A stretch of 61,003 nucleotides of DNA from Gemmatimonadota bacterium. Its GTDB lineage: Bacteria; Gemmatimonadota; Gemmatimonadetes; Longimicrobiales; Gaopeijiaceae. This document shows positions 17,801 through 28,629 of the stretch, in pieces (the stretch's first letter is position 1; every line of letters begins with the position of its first letter). Both the position numbers and the translations under genes were made by a program. The notes under the pieces were generated by a model, which saw only the letters and a program-made list of their open reading frames with translations, did not search any database and was not told where the DNA came from. The stretch lies in the NCBI GenBank assembly GCA_039589315.1, contig JBDHHQ010000025.1, positions 1 to 61,003 on the forward strand. Direction: 5' to 3'.

Positions 17801-20500
17801 ATGACCGACCTGGGAACGAAGCGCGCGCTCCTGACCGCCGGCCTGTGGGCCGCGCTGGGCCTGACGCTCACGGCCGTGGGCCAGGCAGACGCCCAGGGCG
17901 TTCCGACGCCTACCGCCTCGCTGGGCTTCGAGCCCGGGGCCGACTTCGAGCTCGCCACCTACGAGCAATCGGTGTCCTACTTCCGCGAGCTCGACGAGGC
18001 CAGTGAGCACCTGACCCTCCTGAAGGTGGGCCACACGTCGGAGGGGCGTGACTGGTTCATGGCCCTGGTGTCCGCACCCGACAACCTCACCAACGTGGAG
18101 CGGTACCGTGAGATCGCTCAGCGGCTGGCCCACCCCAGCGGCGTCACCGACGACACCGCACGGGAGCTCGCCCGGGAGGGCAAGGCGTTCGTGGATATCA
18201 GCGGGGGCCTCCACGCCACCGAGGTGGCGGGCGCGCAGCACACGATCCAGCTGGCCTACGACCTGCTGGCCGGCGCAGGCACCGACCCCACGGTGGACGA
18301 GATCCTGGACAACGTGGTGATCATGCTGTGGCCGTCCCTCAACCCCGACGGCCAGACCATGGTGGGAGAGTGGTACGCCGCCAACGTGGGCACGTCGTAC
18401 GAGGTGGCGCCCCTGCCGGCCTTGTACCAGAAGTACATCGGCCACGACAACAACCGCGACGCGTACATGCTCAACCAGATCGAGTCGCGGGAAGTGGCGC
18501 GCACGTGGCGCCACTGGGAGCCCCAGATCATCTACGTTCACCATCAGTCGGCGCCCTTCCCGACTCGCATCTGGGTCCCGCCGTTCGCCGAACCCATCGC
18601 CTCCCGGTCGCCCCCTCTCGTGACGCGAACCCTAAACGCGCTGGGCATGGCTATCGCTCAGGGGCTGGAGTCCCGGGGCATGCCCGGCACGACCCACATG
18701 GGGACAGGCTTCGATGCTTGGTATCCGGGCTACATCGATTACATGCCCGCCATGCAGAATCAGGCGGCGTTCTGGACCGAGACCGCACTCTACCGGTACG
18801 CGACCCCGCGTTATTACCAGGCGGACGAGTTTCCCGAGGACAGGCGGGCTCTGCGGGTGGAGGCGCTGTACACCTCACCCTGGGAAGGAGGCTGGTGGAG
18901 GCTTCGGGACGCCGTCGACTACATGCGCGTGGCCTCCATCTCCGTGCTCGAATACGCGGCGAAGTACAAGGAGACGCTGCTCTACAACCGCTATCAGGCC
19001 GGCCGCAACACCATCGCCAAGTACCGCGCCGAGGGGCCTTACGCCTACTTCATTCCCCAGGAGCAGCACGACCCGGTGGCGCCGGTCGCGATGCTGCGGC
19101 GGCTCGCCTTCAACGGTCTACGTGTCGAACAGTTGCAGCGCGACGTCCTGTACGGAGCCCATTACCTCGAAGCCGGTACGTGGGTGATCCCCATGGACCA
19201 GGAGTTCGGTGAGCTGGCGCGGCAGCTCCTGGAGGTACAGGTCTACCCGGATCTCCGGGAGTTCCCCGAGGGTCCGCCCGAGCAGCCGTACGACGCGGCC
19301 GGCTGGACCCTGGGGTACCAGATGGGCGTTCGCGTCATCGAGGCAGCAGCGCCCCTTCCCCGGGACGTCGTGGAGGCCATGACGCCGGTGTCCGGGCCCG
19401 TGGTGTCGTGGACCGACACGGGCAACGAAGCCGCTCCGTTCGACGCAGTGCCCGGTCCCGGCTTCGACACCGACTCGACGGCAGCCGGCATCGTGCCCCT
19501 GCCGGGTCGGATCACCGGATCGGGCCCCTCCCTAGCCGTGGACCCGGCCGAGAACAACGCGTTTCGGGCCGTCAACGCGGCGTGGGCGACCGGTGCCCAG
19601 GTAGGGTTCGACGAGTATGGCCGCTATGTCATCACGGGGGCTTCCGGCGGACAGCCCGAGGCCTGGGCCGCCGAGCTGGCCCTCCAGGCCCGGCGCACCG
19701 AATCGGTCGGCACCCCCCTCCCCCGACCCCGCATCGGGCTGTTCCGGCCCTGGCGGCCCAGCATGGACGAGGGGTGGACCCGCTGGCTGTTGGAGCGGTA
19801 CGGGTTCGAGCTCACCAACCTGAGGGATCCAGACGTAGCGGCGGGCGGGCTACGTGACCGGTTCGACGTGATCATCCTCCCGTCGGAGCGGCCCCAGACG
19901 CTGACGGACGGCTTCGAGTCAGGCACGGTGCCACCCGAATACGCCGGCGGCCTGGGCCCCCAGGGCCTCCGTGCGCTCGACCGTTTCGTCCGCGATGGCG
20001 GCACGCTGGTCGCGCTGAACCAGAGCAGCGATCTGGCCATCGACGGCCTGGGCCTGGCCGTCGAGAACGCCGTCGCCGAGCTCGACCGTGGCGAGTTCTT
20101 CACTGGCGGCTCCATCATGGAGGTCCACACGGACCCGGCCCACCCCGTGATGGCGGGCATGCCCGACCGGGCGGCCGTTTTCGTCCAGCGAAGCCCGGTG
20201 TTCGAGGTACAGCCGGGATTCCAGGGCCGGGTCTTGGCACGATACCAGGATGCAGGCTCGCCCCTCATGTCCGGCTACCTGCTGGGTGAGCAACACCTGC
20301 ACGGACGGTCCGCCGCCCTGGAGGTAGAGCACGGAGAGGGCCGGGTGATCCTGCTCGGCTTCCGCCCCCAGTGGCGCGGACAGCCCTACGGGACGTTCCG
20401 CGTCCTGTTCAACGCTGCGCTCTATCACGGTGCGGTGGTGGAGGAAGGCCGGGGGTCGTCCGCTTTCGCGGCACCGGTCGCCGCCTCCGCCGCCCGCTGA
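17801..20500 (+). CDS. Secreted M14 zinc carboxypeptidase-family protein with C-terminal GATase-like domain
   Basis: Signal peptide; GGLHATE, NPDG, DNNRD, VHHQ; C-terminal SMDEGWTRW, GFRPQWR. Confidence 0.88.
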   Translation: MTDLGTKRALLTAGLWAALGLTLTAVGQADAQGVPTPTASLGFEPGADFELATYEQSVSYFRELDEASEHLTLLKVGHTSEGRDWFMALVSAPDNLTNVERYREIAQRLAHPSGVTDDTARELAREGKAFVDISGGLHATEVAGAQHTIQLAYDLLAGAGTDPTVDEILDNVVIMLWPSLNPDGQTMVGEWYAANVGTSYEVAPLPALYQKYIGHDNNRDAYMLNQIESREVARTWRHWEPQIIYVHHQSAPFPTRIWVPPFAEPIASRSPPLVTRTLNALGMAIAQGLESRGMPGTTHMGTGFDAWYPGYIDYMPAMQNQAAFWTETALYRYATPRYYQADEFPEDRRALRVEALYTSPWEGGWWRLRDAVDYMRVASISVLEYAAKYKETLLYNRYQAGRNTIAKYRAEGPYAYFIPQEQHDPVAPVAMLRRLAFNGLRVEQLQRDVLYGAHYLEAGTWVIPMDQEFGELARQLLEVQVYPDLREFPEGPPEQPYDAAGWTLGYQMGVRVIEAAAPLPRDVVEAMTPVSGPVVSWTDTGNEAAPFDAVPGPGFDTDSTAAGIVPLPGRITGSGPSLAVDPAENNAFRAVNAAWATGAQVGFDEYGRYVITGASGGQPEAWAAELALQARRTESVGTPLPRPRIGLFRPWRPSMDEGWTRWLLERYGFELTNLRDPDVAAGGLRDRFDVIILPSERPQTLTDGFESGTVPPEYAGGLGPQGLRALDRFVRDGGTLVALNQSSDLAIDGLGLAVENAVAELDRGEFFTGGSIMEVHTDPAHPVMAGMPDRAAVFVQRSPVFEVQPGFQGRVLARYQDAGSPLMSGYLLGEQHLHGRSAALEVEHGEGRVILLGFRPQWRGQPYGTFRVLFNAALYHGAVVEEGRGSSAFAAPVAASAAR

Positions 20501-20586
20501 GCGTGGCGGTACCAGTCCCGTAGCTGCCCGGGCCGTGGCCGCGCCGCACTGACGAGGGGGGCGACCAGAGGGCGCGGAGCTCTCGG

Positions 20587-21870
20587 TCACCCGTAGAACA
20601 GCCGCACCAGGCTCATGGGGATGGCGGGCACGTAGGTCACCAGCAGAAGCACGGCCACCAGCACGGCGATGAAGCGCAGGTTCGCCTTGCTGACCTCCCA
20701 GATGTCGGCCTTCGCGACCGAGCACGCGGTCACCAGCACGCTGGCCACCGGCGGCGTCTGCTGACCGATCCCCAGGTTGAGCGTGACGATCAGGCCGAAG
20801 TGCACGGGATCGATGGCGGCCGCGTGCACCAGCGGCATGACGATGGGGACCACGAGGATGATGGCGGCCGCCGAGTGGAGGAAGAGACCGATCACCAGGA
20901 AGAACACGTTGAGCAGGGCCAGGATCACCCAACGCGAGTCCGTGAGGCCGATGATTCCCGCGGCCACCTGTTGGGGGACCTGCATCTCGGTCAGGTAGTC
21001 GCCCAGTAGCGCGGACGTGGCCACCAGGAGCATGACCACGGCGGTCTGGACTCCGCCTTCCAGCATGGCCGTGCGCAGGTGGGCCCAATCCAGCTCCTTG
21101 TACACCAGCCCGCCGATGATCAGCGCCGCGAAGACTGCCAGGCCGGCCCCTTCGGTGGCCGTGACCCAGCCAGTGAAGATCCCGCCGAGGATGATCACGG
21201 GAAGCAGGAGCGCCCAGCCCGCCTCCTTGAAGGTCCGCCAGACCCGGCTCAGCTGAAACGCCTCCTCCACGGGGAAGTCCTGCTTCCGCGCCACCAGCCA
21301 CGCCACGAACATCATGAGTAGCCCGCCGATGACCCCCGGCACGATACCGGCCACGAAGAGCTCCACGATGGAGCTCCCCGACATGACCCCGTAGATGATC
21401 ATGGGAATCGACGGCGGGATGATGACCGCCAGTGTGGCGGCGGAGGAAGTGACCGCGGCCGCGAAGGGCGTCGCGTACCCCCGCTTCTTCATGGCCGGGA
21501 TCAGGATCGACCCCAATGCGGCCACGTCCGCGACGGCGGAGCCGCTGATCTCGGCGAAGAAGAGCGACGCCGAGATGCTCACCATGGCGAGCCCGCCGCG
21601 GATGAACCCGAACATGGCCGATGCGAAGGCGATGAGGCGGCGGGATATGCCCGAGGCATTCATGATCGCCCCCGCCAGAATGAACAACGGGATGGCGATG
21701 AGCGGGAACGAGGTGGCTCCGTTGAAGAGCACGAGCCCGGCATTGGGCAGCACCGCCGGTCCCGACGCGGCCACCATGCCGGCCACGGCCACGACGCCCA
21801 GCGCGACGGCGATGGGCACGTTGATCGTCACCAGGGCCAGGAGCCCCAGGAACATGGCCAGCAGGGTCAT
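20587..21870 (-). CDS. dctM: TRAP transporter large permease
   Basis: AIPLFILAG, ISGSAVAD, IIPPSIPMI, GIDPVHFG-like AIDPVHFG, TPPV. Confidence 0.95.
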   Translation of the reverse strand: MTLLAMFLGLLALVTINVPIAVALGVVAVAGMVAASGPAVLPNAGLVLFNGATSFPLIAIPLFILAGAIMNASGISRRLIAFASAMFGFIRGGLAMVSISASLFFAEISGSAVADVAALGSILIPAMKKRGYATPFAAAVTSSAATLAVIIPPSIPMIIYGVMSGSSIVELFVAGIVPGVIGGLLMMFVAWLVARKQDFPVEEAFQLSRVWRTFKEAGWALLLPVIILGGIFTGWVTATEGAGLAVFAALIIGGLVYKELDWAHLRTAMLEGGVQTAVVMLLVATSALLGDYLTEMQVPQQVAAGIIGLTDSRWVILALLNVFFLVIGLFLHSAAAIILVVPIVMPLVHAAAIDPVHFGLIVTLNLGIGQQTPPVASVLVTACSVAKADIWEVSKANLRFIAVLVAVLLLVTYVPAIPMSLVRLFYG

Positions 21871-22391
21871 GGCTCCGCCTCCCGAAGCTCGCTGGCCCCG
21901 TCATCGGCCAGCGCGTCTGGGATGCTCAGGAGCTGTGCCACGATGAACAGCACCGCACCGATGGGAATCACGGACTGGGCGATGCGGGCCGGCACCCAGG
22001 GCAGGCTGATCAGGGACGTCCCCCCCAGGACGGCCATGACTCGCCACCCCGCCCAGGCGACCAGGGCGAAGAACGCCAGCACGACGGCTTCGGAGACGGC
22101 GATCGTCAGGAGGCGCGTCCGTCCCTTCAGCGCCCGGACGGCGGTGGGCACCCCGATGTGCGCGCGCTTGAGGGCGGCCAGCGACGCGCCGTAGTACGTG
22201 AGCCACGCGAGCAGGATCGACGCCACCTCGTCGTACCAGACGAGGGCGGCGCCGAACTTCCGGAAGCCGACGCCGAGGATCACGATGACCGCCAGGGCGG
22301 CCATGAGGGTCAGGACCAGCGCCTCGAGGCCCCGCTCGAGCGTGTCCCGAGCCAGTCCCCGTCCGTGGCTCCGCCCCCGGTCCTCCGGCAC
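21867..22391 (-). CDS. dctQ: TRAP transporter small permease
   Basis: Four TM segments, WYDEVA, GAS....HIGV; stop overlaps dctM start. Confidence 0.9.
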   Translation of the reverse strand: MPEDRGRSHGRGLARDTLERGLEALVLTLMAALAVIVILGVGFRKFGAALVWYDEVASILLAWLTYYGASLAALKRAHIGVPTAVRALKGRTRLLTIAVSEAVVLAFFALVAWAGWRVMAVLGGTSLISLPWVPARIAQSVIPIGAVLFIVAQLLSIPDALADDGASELREAEP

Positions 22392-22448
22392 GGTCGCTAC
22401 TCGACCCGCGCGGTCGGCCGCACCGTCGCTCGCCGCGAGGCCGCCGGC

Positions 22449-23513
22449 CTACCTCTGGGCAAGGGGGATCGCTTTGGCCAACAGAGCCTGTCCGCCGTCG
22501 ACGGTCGAGGCGAACTCGTCGTAGATGCCCCGGCTCGCGGCCTGGAATGCCTCACGGTCCACTTCGTTGATCTCCAGGCCCGCCTCGGCGAGCTCGGCCA
22601 GCAGCTCCTCGTCCATCCGGACAGCGTTCTCGTACACGAAAGGCTGCATCTCCCGGGCGATCTCCGCGATGGGGCCGGTCACGTCAGCCGGAAGACGATT
22701 CCATCGATTGACGCCGACGGTCACGAAGGCGGGCGTATAGACGTGACCGCTCACCGAGAGGTACGACTGGACCTCGTGGAGCTTGGCGCTCACGATCTGG
22801 GCCAGCGGGTTCTCCTGACCGTCCATCACGCCCGTCTGCAGGGCGATGAAGACCTCGGAAAAGGGCATGGGCGTGGGGTTGGCTCCGAGGGCTTGAAACA
22901 GCTTCACGCGCCAGATCCCCCGGGGCGTCCGCAGCTTGATGCCCTGGAGGTCGGCGGGCGTGACGATCGGCCCCCTGTTGTTCGTGAGGTGGCGAAACCC
23001 GTTCTCCCAGACGGCCAGGACCCTGTAGCCGTCCGCCTCGGCAAGGGGCGCCAGATCCGGCCAGACGACCGCCTCCTCGATGCGCTTCATGTGCTCCCGG
23101 TCCTGGACCAGGTAGGGCATCTCGAACAGGCCGAAGGCGTCGATGGTGGAGGACATGACCGTGGAGGGGAGGCCCACGTCCAGCGTACCCAGCAGCAACT
23201 TCTGCAGCATCACTTCGTCGCTGCCCAGTTGGCTCGAGCCGAAGACCGTCATCTCGACGCGGCCGACCAGCCGCTCGTTCACGCGCCGCACGAATTCGTT
23301 CGCGATCACGTCGTAGAGCGACCCTGGGGCTCCCACGTGGCCGAACTTCAGCTCGAGCACGCCATCGTCGGACGCTCCGCCGCTGCAGGCGGCGCCCGCC
23401 AGCGTGACCACCACGGCAGCTCCCGCGGCCAACGTGCGTCGACGGAAGGCGGAGGCCCCTCGACCGCGCGCGCGGAGGATGCCCCCGCGCCCGCTCGTTC
23501 GTGTTCCGATCAT
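22449..23513 (-). CDS. dctP: TRAP substrate-binding protein (lipoprotein-type signal)
   Basis: LAGAAC lipobox; SQLG, ENGFRH, LQGIKLR, PMPFSEVFIALQTGVMDGQENP. Confidence 0.93.
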   Translation of the reverse strand: MIGTRTSGRGGILRARGRGASAFRRRTLAAGAAVVVTLAGAACSGGASDDGVLELKFGHVGAPGSLYDVIANEFVRRVNERLVGRVEMTVFGSSQLGSDEVMLQKLLLGTLDVGLPSTVMSSTIDAFGLFEMPYLVQDREHMKRIEEAVVWPDLAPLAEADGYRVLAVWENGFRHLTNNRGPIVTPADLQGIKLRTPRGIWRVKLFQALGANPTPMPFSEVFIALQTGVMDGQENPLAQIVSAKLHEVQSYLSVSGHVYTPAFVTVGVNRWNRLPADVTGPIAEIAREMQPFVYENAVRMDEELLAELAEAGLEINEVDREAFQAASRGIYDEFASTVDGGQALLAKAIPLAQR

Positions 23514-23571
23514 CGGTCTCCCTGGTTGAGGGTGTCCGGAGCACCCGTTGGTCCAGTCGGCCCGGCGGCCG

Positions 23572-24777
23572 TCATCGGTCGGTCAGCTCTCCACGGTCCG
23601 TTCCCACCCCGGCCTCCCCCGCCAGATACGCCAGCGCGGCACGAACGCCCCCGGGCTGATGGGGTACCCCCGCCACTTCCAGCCCCATCTCCACACCGCT
23701 CAGCGATCCCGCCAGCATGAGGTCATTGAAGTCCCCCAGGTGACCGATCCTGAAGACCCGGCCCTCGAGGGGACCGAGACCGCCGCCCAGGGACATGTCG
23801 AAGCGCTCCAGGATGACGTGGCGCAGCACGTTCGCGTTCGTCCCGTCGGGCACCAGGACGGTGGTGCCGGCGCTGCTGTAGCCCGCGGGATCGGCACAGT
23901 GGTTCTCCAGGCCCCATGCGTCCAGTGCCAGTCGGGTGGCGTGAGCGTGCCGGGCGTGTCGGCGGAACACGGCCTCCAGCCCCTCCTCCTCCAGCATGGT
24001 CAGCGACTCGGCGAGTCCGTAGAGCAGCGTGGTGGCCGGCGTCGACGGGAAGTATCCGGCCTCGTTGAAGCGGGCCATCTCGGCCCAATCCCAGTAGGCC
24101 CGGGGCAACGTCGCCGTCTCGTTTGCGGCCAGCGCCAGGTCGCTCACCGCGTTGAAGGACAGCCCGGGCGGCAGCATGAGTCCCTTCTGCGACCCGGCTA
24201 CCACGACGTCCACCCGCCACGCGTCCCGCTCGACCGGCATGGCGGCCAGAGACGAGACGGCGTCCACCATGAGCAAGGCGGGGTGGTCGCACCGGTCCAT
24301 CGCTTCGCGGAGCGCTCCGATGTCGCTGGTCACGCCGGTCGAGGTCTCGTTGTGGACCACCAGTACGGCAGCGATCTGGTGCTCACCGTCCTGGGTCAGA
24401 CGCGCCTCCAGCGCATCCGGATCCGCCTGCCGCCGCCAGTCGCCCGGCAGGCGCTCCACCTCGAGCCCCATGCGTCGCGCCACCAGCGCCCAGCGGTCGG
24501 CGAAGAAGCCCTGGTCGAAGGCACAGACGCGGTCGCCTGGCGACAGCGTGTTCACCAGCGCCGCCTCCCACGCACCGCTCCCTGAAGACGGAAACACGAA
24601 CACCGGCGCAGATGTCCTGAAGACGGGCATGAGGCCCTCCAGGATCCCCATCGTCATCCGACCGAACTCGGGGCCCCGGTGGTCGATGACGGCCCGGTCC
24701 ATGGCCCGGAGGATGCGGTCCGGCACATTGGTGGGCCCGGGAAGCTGCAGGAAATGCCGGCCGGCTCGATACGTCAC
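23572..24777 (-). CDS. Serine/alanine-glyoxylate aminotransferase (class V PLP)
   Basis: GRHFLQLPGPTNVP, HNETSTGV, VDAVSS, GSQKGLMLPPG, FRIGHLG. Confidence 0.92.
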   Translation of the reverse strand: MTYRAGRHFLQLPGPTNVPDRILRAMDRAVIDHRGPEFGRMTMGILEGLMPVFRTSAPVFVFPSSGSGAWEAALVNTLSPGDRVCAFDQGFFADRWALVARRMGLEVERLPGDWRRQADPDALEARLTQDGEHQIAAVLVVHNETSTGVTSDIGALREAMDRCDHPALLMVDAVSSLAAMPVERDAWRVDVVVAGSQKGLMLPPGLSFNAVSDLALAANETATLPRAYWDWAEMARFNEAGYFPSTPATTLLYGLAESLTMLEEEGLEAVFRRHARHAHATRLALDAWGLENHCADPAGYSSAGTTVLVPDGTNANVLRHVILERFDMSLGGGLGPLEGRVFRIGHLGDFNDLMLAGSLSGVEMGLEVAGVPHQPGGVRAALAYLAGEAGVGTDRGELTDR

Positions 24778-25032
24778 CTGAGCACCCCGTTCGGCTCGAG
24801 GACGGGACCGCTCTACGGCCTCGCGCCGCGTTGCGGGAGAGGACAGGAGTAGAGCGGCCGGTGGCGCGGCGCAACGCGGGGCCGAACCCGTCGGGGAATT
24901 GCGCTGACGGGTGTGAGCGGAAAGCTTCTCCCGCGGGGTGCCGTCGGCCGACCGGACGCGGCGAGGCCGCGCGTCGATCCTGCGACCGGCCCCAGAACAC
25001 CCGTGACCCACATCCGGAGTGCCACAAGCCAC

Positions 25033-28000
25033 GTGACTCCAACACTCGGCGACTCGACACTGGCGGCCCGGCTCCGGCGCGAGATCGAAGGAGATGTTCT
25101 CTTCGACCCCCTGACCCGAGGCATCTACAGCACCGACGCGTCCATCTACCAGATCGAGCCCGTTGGCGTGGTCGTGCCTCGCCACGCCGAGGATATCCGC
25201 CGCGCCGTACAGATCGCCTCCGAGGTCGGCGTGCCGATCATCCCGCGGGGTGGCGGCACCGGGCAGGCGGGCCAGACCATCGGCCGCGGCCTGATCGTGG
25301 ACACCAGCAAGTACCTGCGGACGGTCGAGGCCGTGGATGCGGAGGCGCAGACCGCCACGGTGCAGCCCGGCCTGGTCCTGGACCACCTGAACGCCCACCT
25401 GGCACCCACGGGTCTGTTCTTCCCCGTGGACGTAGCCACCGCGAGTCGGGCCACTCTGGGGGGCATGGTGGGCAACAACAGCGCGGGGGCGCGGTCGATT
25501 CGCCATGGGCACACGGTCGGGCACGTCCGGGCCATCGAGGCGGTCATGGCGGACGGCACGGCCGCCCGGTTCGGTGCCGGAGAGGGCAGGCCTTTCGCTG
25601 CTCCGCCCGGCCACCCGGATGGAGGGACCGACCCCCCTGACCCCGGTGCGAGCGACCGCGCCGGAAGCGTCGCGGCCGCCGCGCAGGCCATGGCCTGGCC
25701 CGGAGCCAGCCTGGCTCTCGACGGCCAGGCTCGCGTGGCCGGTCTTCAGGCGGCCATGGCCGCTCTCCACGCCCGCGAGGCCGCTGAGCTGGAGCGGCGC
25801 ATCCCCCGGGTTCCGCGGCACGTGGCGGGATACAACCTCCAGCGCATGGGCGGTCCGGGCCCGAACCTGGCCGACATCCTGGTGGGCTCGGAGGGCACGC
25901 TGGCGTTCTTCACGCGCCTGGAGCTGAGCCTGGCGCCGCTTCCTGGCGCCCGGGTCCTGGGGATCTGCCACTTCGATTCCCTGGGCGGGGCCCTGAATAC
26001 CGTGCAGCACGTCGTCACGCTGGAACCCACTGCGGTGGAGCTGGTGGACGCCGCCATGCTCCGCCTCGCCCGTGGCAATCCCGACTTCGCCGCCGCGCTG
26101 GACACCTTCGTCCGCGGCGATCCCGGTGCGCTGCTGGTCGTGGAGTTCGCCGGGCCGGAGGCGGGCGCGCTGGTGCGGCGGCTGGACGACCTGGGCCAGC
26201 TGCTGGGAGACCTGGGCCATCCCCATGCGGTCGTGCCCGTGGTCGAGCCCGACGGCCAGGCGCGGGTCTGGGAGGTGCGCAAGGCGGGGCTCAACATCGC
26301 CATGTCCATGAAGGGCGACCGTAAGCCCGTCGCCTTCATGGAGGACTGCGCGATTCCCCTACCCCGCCTTGCGGAGTGGGAGGAACGGGCCAACCGGGTC
26401 TTTGCGGGCCACGGCACCCGAGCCATCTGGTACGCCCACGCGTCGGTGGGCCTCCTCCACGTCCGTCCGGCGCTGAACCTGAAGGCCGCCGAGGATGTGG
26501 CGCGGATGCGGGCCATCGTCGAGGAGTGCTTCGAGATCGTCCGTGACCTGGGGGGCTCCCATTCGGGGGAGCATGGAGACGGCCGAATCCGCTCGGAGTT
26601 CCACGAGCGGATGCTGGGGCCCAGGCTCGTCCGGGCGTTCGAGGAGGTCAAGGACACGTTCGACCCGGAGGGCGTGTTCAACCCGGGCAGCGTCGTGCGT
26701 GCGCCCAGGATGGACGACCGCTCTCTGTTCCGGTACCGCCCGGACTATGCCCCGCTCATCCTGCCCACCGTGCTGGACTGGTCCGAGTGGGGCGGCTTTG
26801 CCGGTGCCATCGAGATGTGCAACAACAACGGCACGTGCCGGAAACGGGACCCGGGCGTCATGTGTCCGTCGTACCGGGTCACGCAGGACGAGGTGCACAC
26901 CACCCGCGGCCGAGCCAATGCTCTTCGTCTGGCGGTGACCGGACAGCTGGGTCCGGAGGCGCTGTCGTCGGACGCCCTGTACGAGGCCATGGACCTCTGC
27001 GTGGGCTGCAAGGGCTGCAAGCGCGAGTGCCCGACGGGCGTGGACATGGCCCGGATGAAGATCGAGTTCCTCCACGCGTATCGCAGCCGGCACGGGCTGC
27101 CGCTCCGGGACCGTCTCGTCTCGTATCTTCCCCGCTACGCGCCCCGGGCCTGGCGTCTCCGGCCCATGCTGAACCTGCCCAATCGCGCAAAGCCGCTGGC
27201 GGCGCTGGGCGAGCGGGTCCTGGGCTTCAGCAGTCGACGGCCCCTGCCGGAGTGGTCGGCTGCACCGTTCGTGGAGCGACGTGGCTCGACGCTGGGCGAA
27301 GGGCCGCCCGTGGTTCTGCTGGTGGACACGTTCTCGACCTGGTTCGAGCCCGACATCGCTCGGGCGGCCCGTAGGGTGCTGGGCGCCGCCGGGTACTCGG
27401 TGTCCACGGTGCCCTGGCCCGACGGTGGCCGTCCCGTCTGTTGCGGACGGACCTTCCTGAACGCGGGGCTGGTCGACGAGGCGCGCAAGGAGATGATCCG
27501 CTTGCGGGAGGCTCTTCTGCCCGCAGTCGAAGCGGGAGCCGAGGTCGTGGGCCTGGAGCCATCCTGCCTGCTCACCCTCCGAGACGAGCTGCCGGCCTTG
27601 CTGCCGGATCTGGCCAGCGCGCGACTCGCCGGTGCCTCGCTGCTGCTCGAGGAGCTGTTGGATCCCGCTCGCGGCGACGACCGGCTCACCCTGGCCGCCC
27701 TCCCCGACGGGAGCGTGCGCGTCCATGGCCACTGTCACGAGAAGGCCTTCGCGGCCATGGGCGCGCTGGAGCGGGTGCTCGGACGGATCCCGGGTGCGGC
27801 CGTGGACGTGATCGCGTCCGGGTGCTGTGGGTTGGCAGGCTCGTTCGGTTACGAGGCCGAGCACGCCGAGCTGTCCCTGGCCATGGGCGAGCTGGAGCTC
27901 CTGCCGGCGGTCCGGGCCACGCCGACCACGACCGCACTCGTCGCCAACGGCACGAGCTGTCGACGTCAGATCCTGGACGGGGCCGGGCGCGAGGCCGTCC

Positions 28001-28035
28001 ACCTGGCCGAGCTCCTCGCCCAGATCGTCACCTGA
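25033..28035 (+). CDS. FAD-linked 2-hydroxyacid oxidoreductase fused to Fe-S/CCG domains (GlcD-GlcF-like)
   Basis: YSTDAS, PRGGGTGQAGQ, GSEGTL, SGEHGDG, CNNNGTC, CVGCKGCKRECP, CCG motifs. Start could be 25003. Confidence 0.92.
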   Translation: MTPTLGDSTLAARLRREIEGDVLFDPLTRGIYSTDASIYQIEPVGVVVPRHAEDIRRAVQIASEVGVPIIPRGGGTGQAGQTIGRGLIVDTSKYLRTVEAVDAEAQTATVQPGLVLDHLNAHLAPTGLFFPVDVATASRATLGGMVGNNSAGARSIRHGHTVGHVRAIEAVMADGTAARFGAGEGRPFAAPPGHPDGGTDPPDPGASDRAGSVAAAAQAMAWPGASLALDGQARVAGLQAAMAALHAREAAELERRIPRVPRHVAGYNLQRMGGPGPNLADILVGSEGTLAFFTRLELSLAPLPGARVLGICHFDSLGGALNTVQHVVTLEPTAVELVDAAMLRLARGNPDFAAALDTFVRGDPGALLVVEFAGPEAGALVRRLDDLGQLLGDLGHPHAVVPVVEPDGQARVWEVRKAGLNIAMSMKGDRKPVAFMEDCAIPLPRLAEWEERANRVFAGHGTRAIWYAHASVGLLHVRPALNLKAAEDVARMRAIVEECFEIVRDLGGSHSGEHGDGRIRSEFHERMLGPRLVRAFEEVKDTFDPEGVFNPGSVVRAPRMDDRSLFRYRPDYAPLILPTVLDWSEWGGFAGAIEMCNNNGTCRKRDPGVMCPSYRVTQDEVHTTRGRANALRLAVTGQLGPEALSSDALYEAMDLCVGCKGCKRECPTGVDMARMKIEFLHAYRSRHGLPLRDRLVSYLPRYAPRAWRLRPMLNLPNRAKPLAALGERVLGFSSRRPLPEWSAAPFVERRGSTLGEGPPVVLLVDTFSTWFEPDIARAARRVLGAAGYSVSTVPWPDGGRPVCCGRTFLNAGLVDEARKEMIRLREALLPAVEAGAEVVGLEPSCLLTLRDELPALLPDLASARLAGASLLLEELLDPARGDDRLTLAALPDGSVRVHGHCHEKAFAAMGALERVLGRIPGAAVDVIASGCCGLAGSFGYEAEHAELSLAMGELELLPAVRATPTTTALVANGTSCRRQILDGAGREAVHLAELLAQIVT

Positions 28036-28113
28036 CGCGGGAGTCGGCAGCCACCGGCTCGGCCGCATCCGTCGGATCCGAGGGAGCTCGCATCCACCGG
28101 ATCTCGGGGACCC

Positions 28114-28629
28114 CTACCAGTACTCGAGGATCCGGCTGATCCGGCCCTGGGCGTTCACCTCCAGGACGGTGACCTGTCGCCGCTCGAGGGGACGCCACCC
28201 GAGCTCGGTCTCGGTCTCCATCTCCAGGGTGAAGTCCAGCACGACCACACCCTCGCCCTGCGTTGACCCGTGCACGTCCGTGTCGGGGTTCCGGGTCTTT
28301 CCGAGGAATCGAGCCATGGCCTCGGCGATCTCGTCACGCCCGCGGATCCGGATTCCGACCCTGGGATGCTCGTACACGACGTCCACCGAGTAGAGGAAGG
28401 TCAGGCGCTCGATGTCCTCCGGGGTGGCGGTCTGGCGCAGCACGGCTTCAACGGCGGACAGATAGGTCTGACCCAAGCCGTCCGGCGGAGTCTGGGCCGC
28501 GGCCTCGAACGGTGCGACCAGGGACGGGGAGGCGGCGGCCGCCAACGCCAGAGTCGCGACCGCGGCGGCCCTCCCGGCGGTGCGTGCCCACCCCGGAGGG
28601 CGACTCCACACGACCTGGCCCCGCCTCAC
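28114..28629 (-). CDS. Secreted SnoaL/NTF2-like protein
   Basis: GTGA overlap with upstream gene; signal peptide; LYSVDVVYEHP, IRGRDEI, GRISRILEYW. Confidence 0.7.
   Translation of the reverse strand: MRRGQVVWSRPPGWARTAGRAAAVATLALAAAASPSLVAPFEAAAQTPPDGLGQTYLSAVEAVLRQTATPEDIERLTFLYSVDVVYEHPRVGIRIRGRDEIAEAMARFLGKTRNPDTDVHGSTQGEGVVVLDFTLEMETETELGWRPLERRQVTVLEVNAQGRISRILEYW

Noticed and set aside
24778..26226. 884-aa version of the aminotransferase
   Set aside because: The extension is the antisense shadow of the FAD oxidoreductase; homology begins at GRHFLQ.
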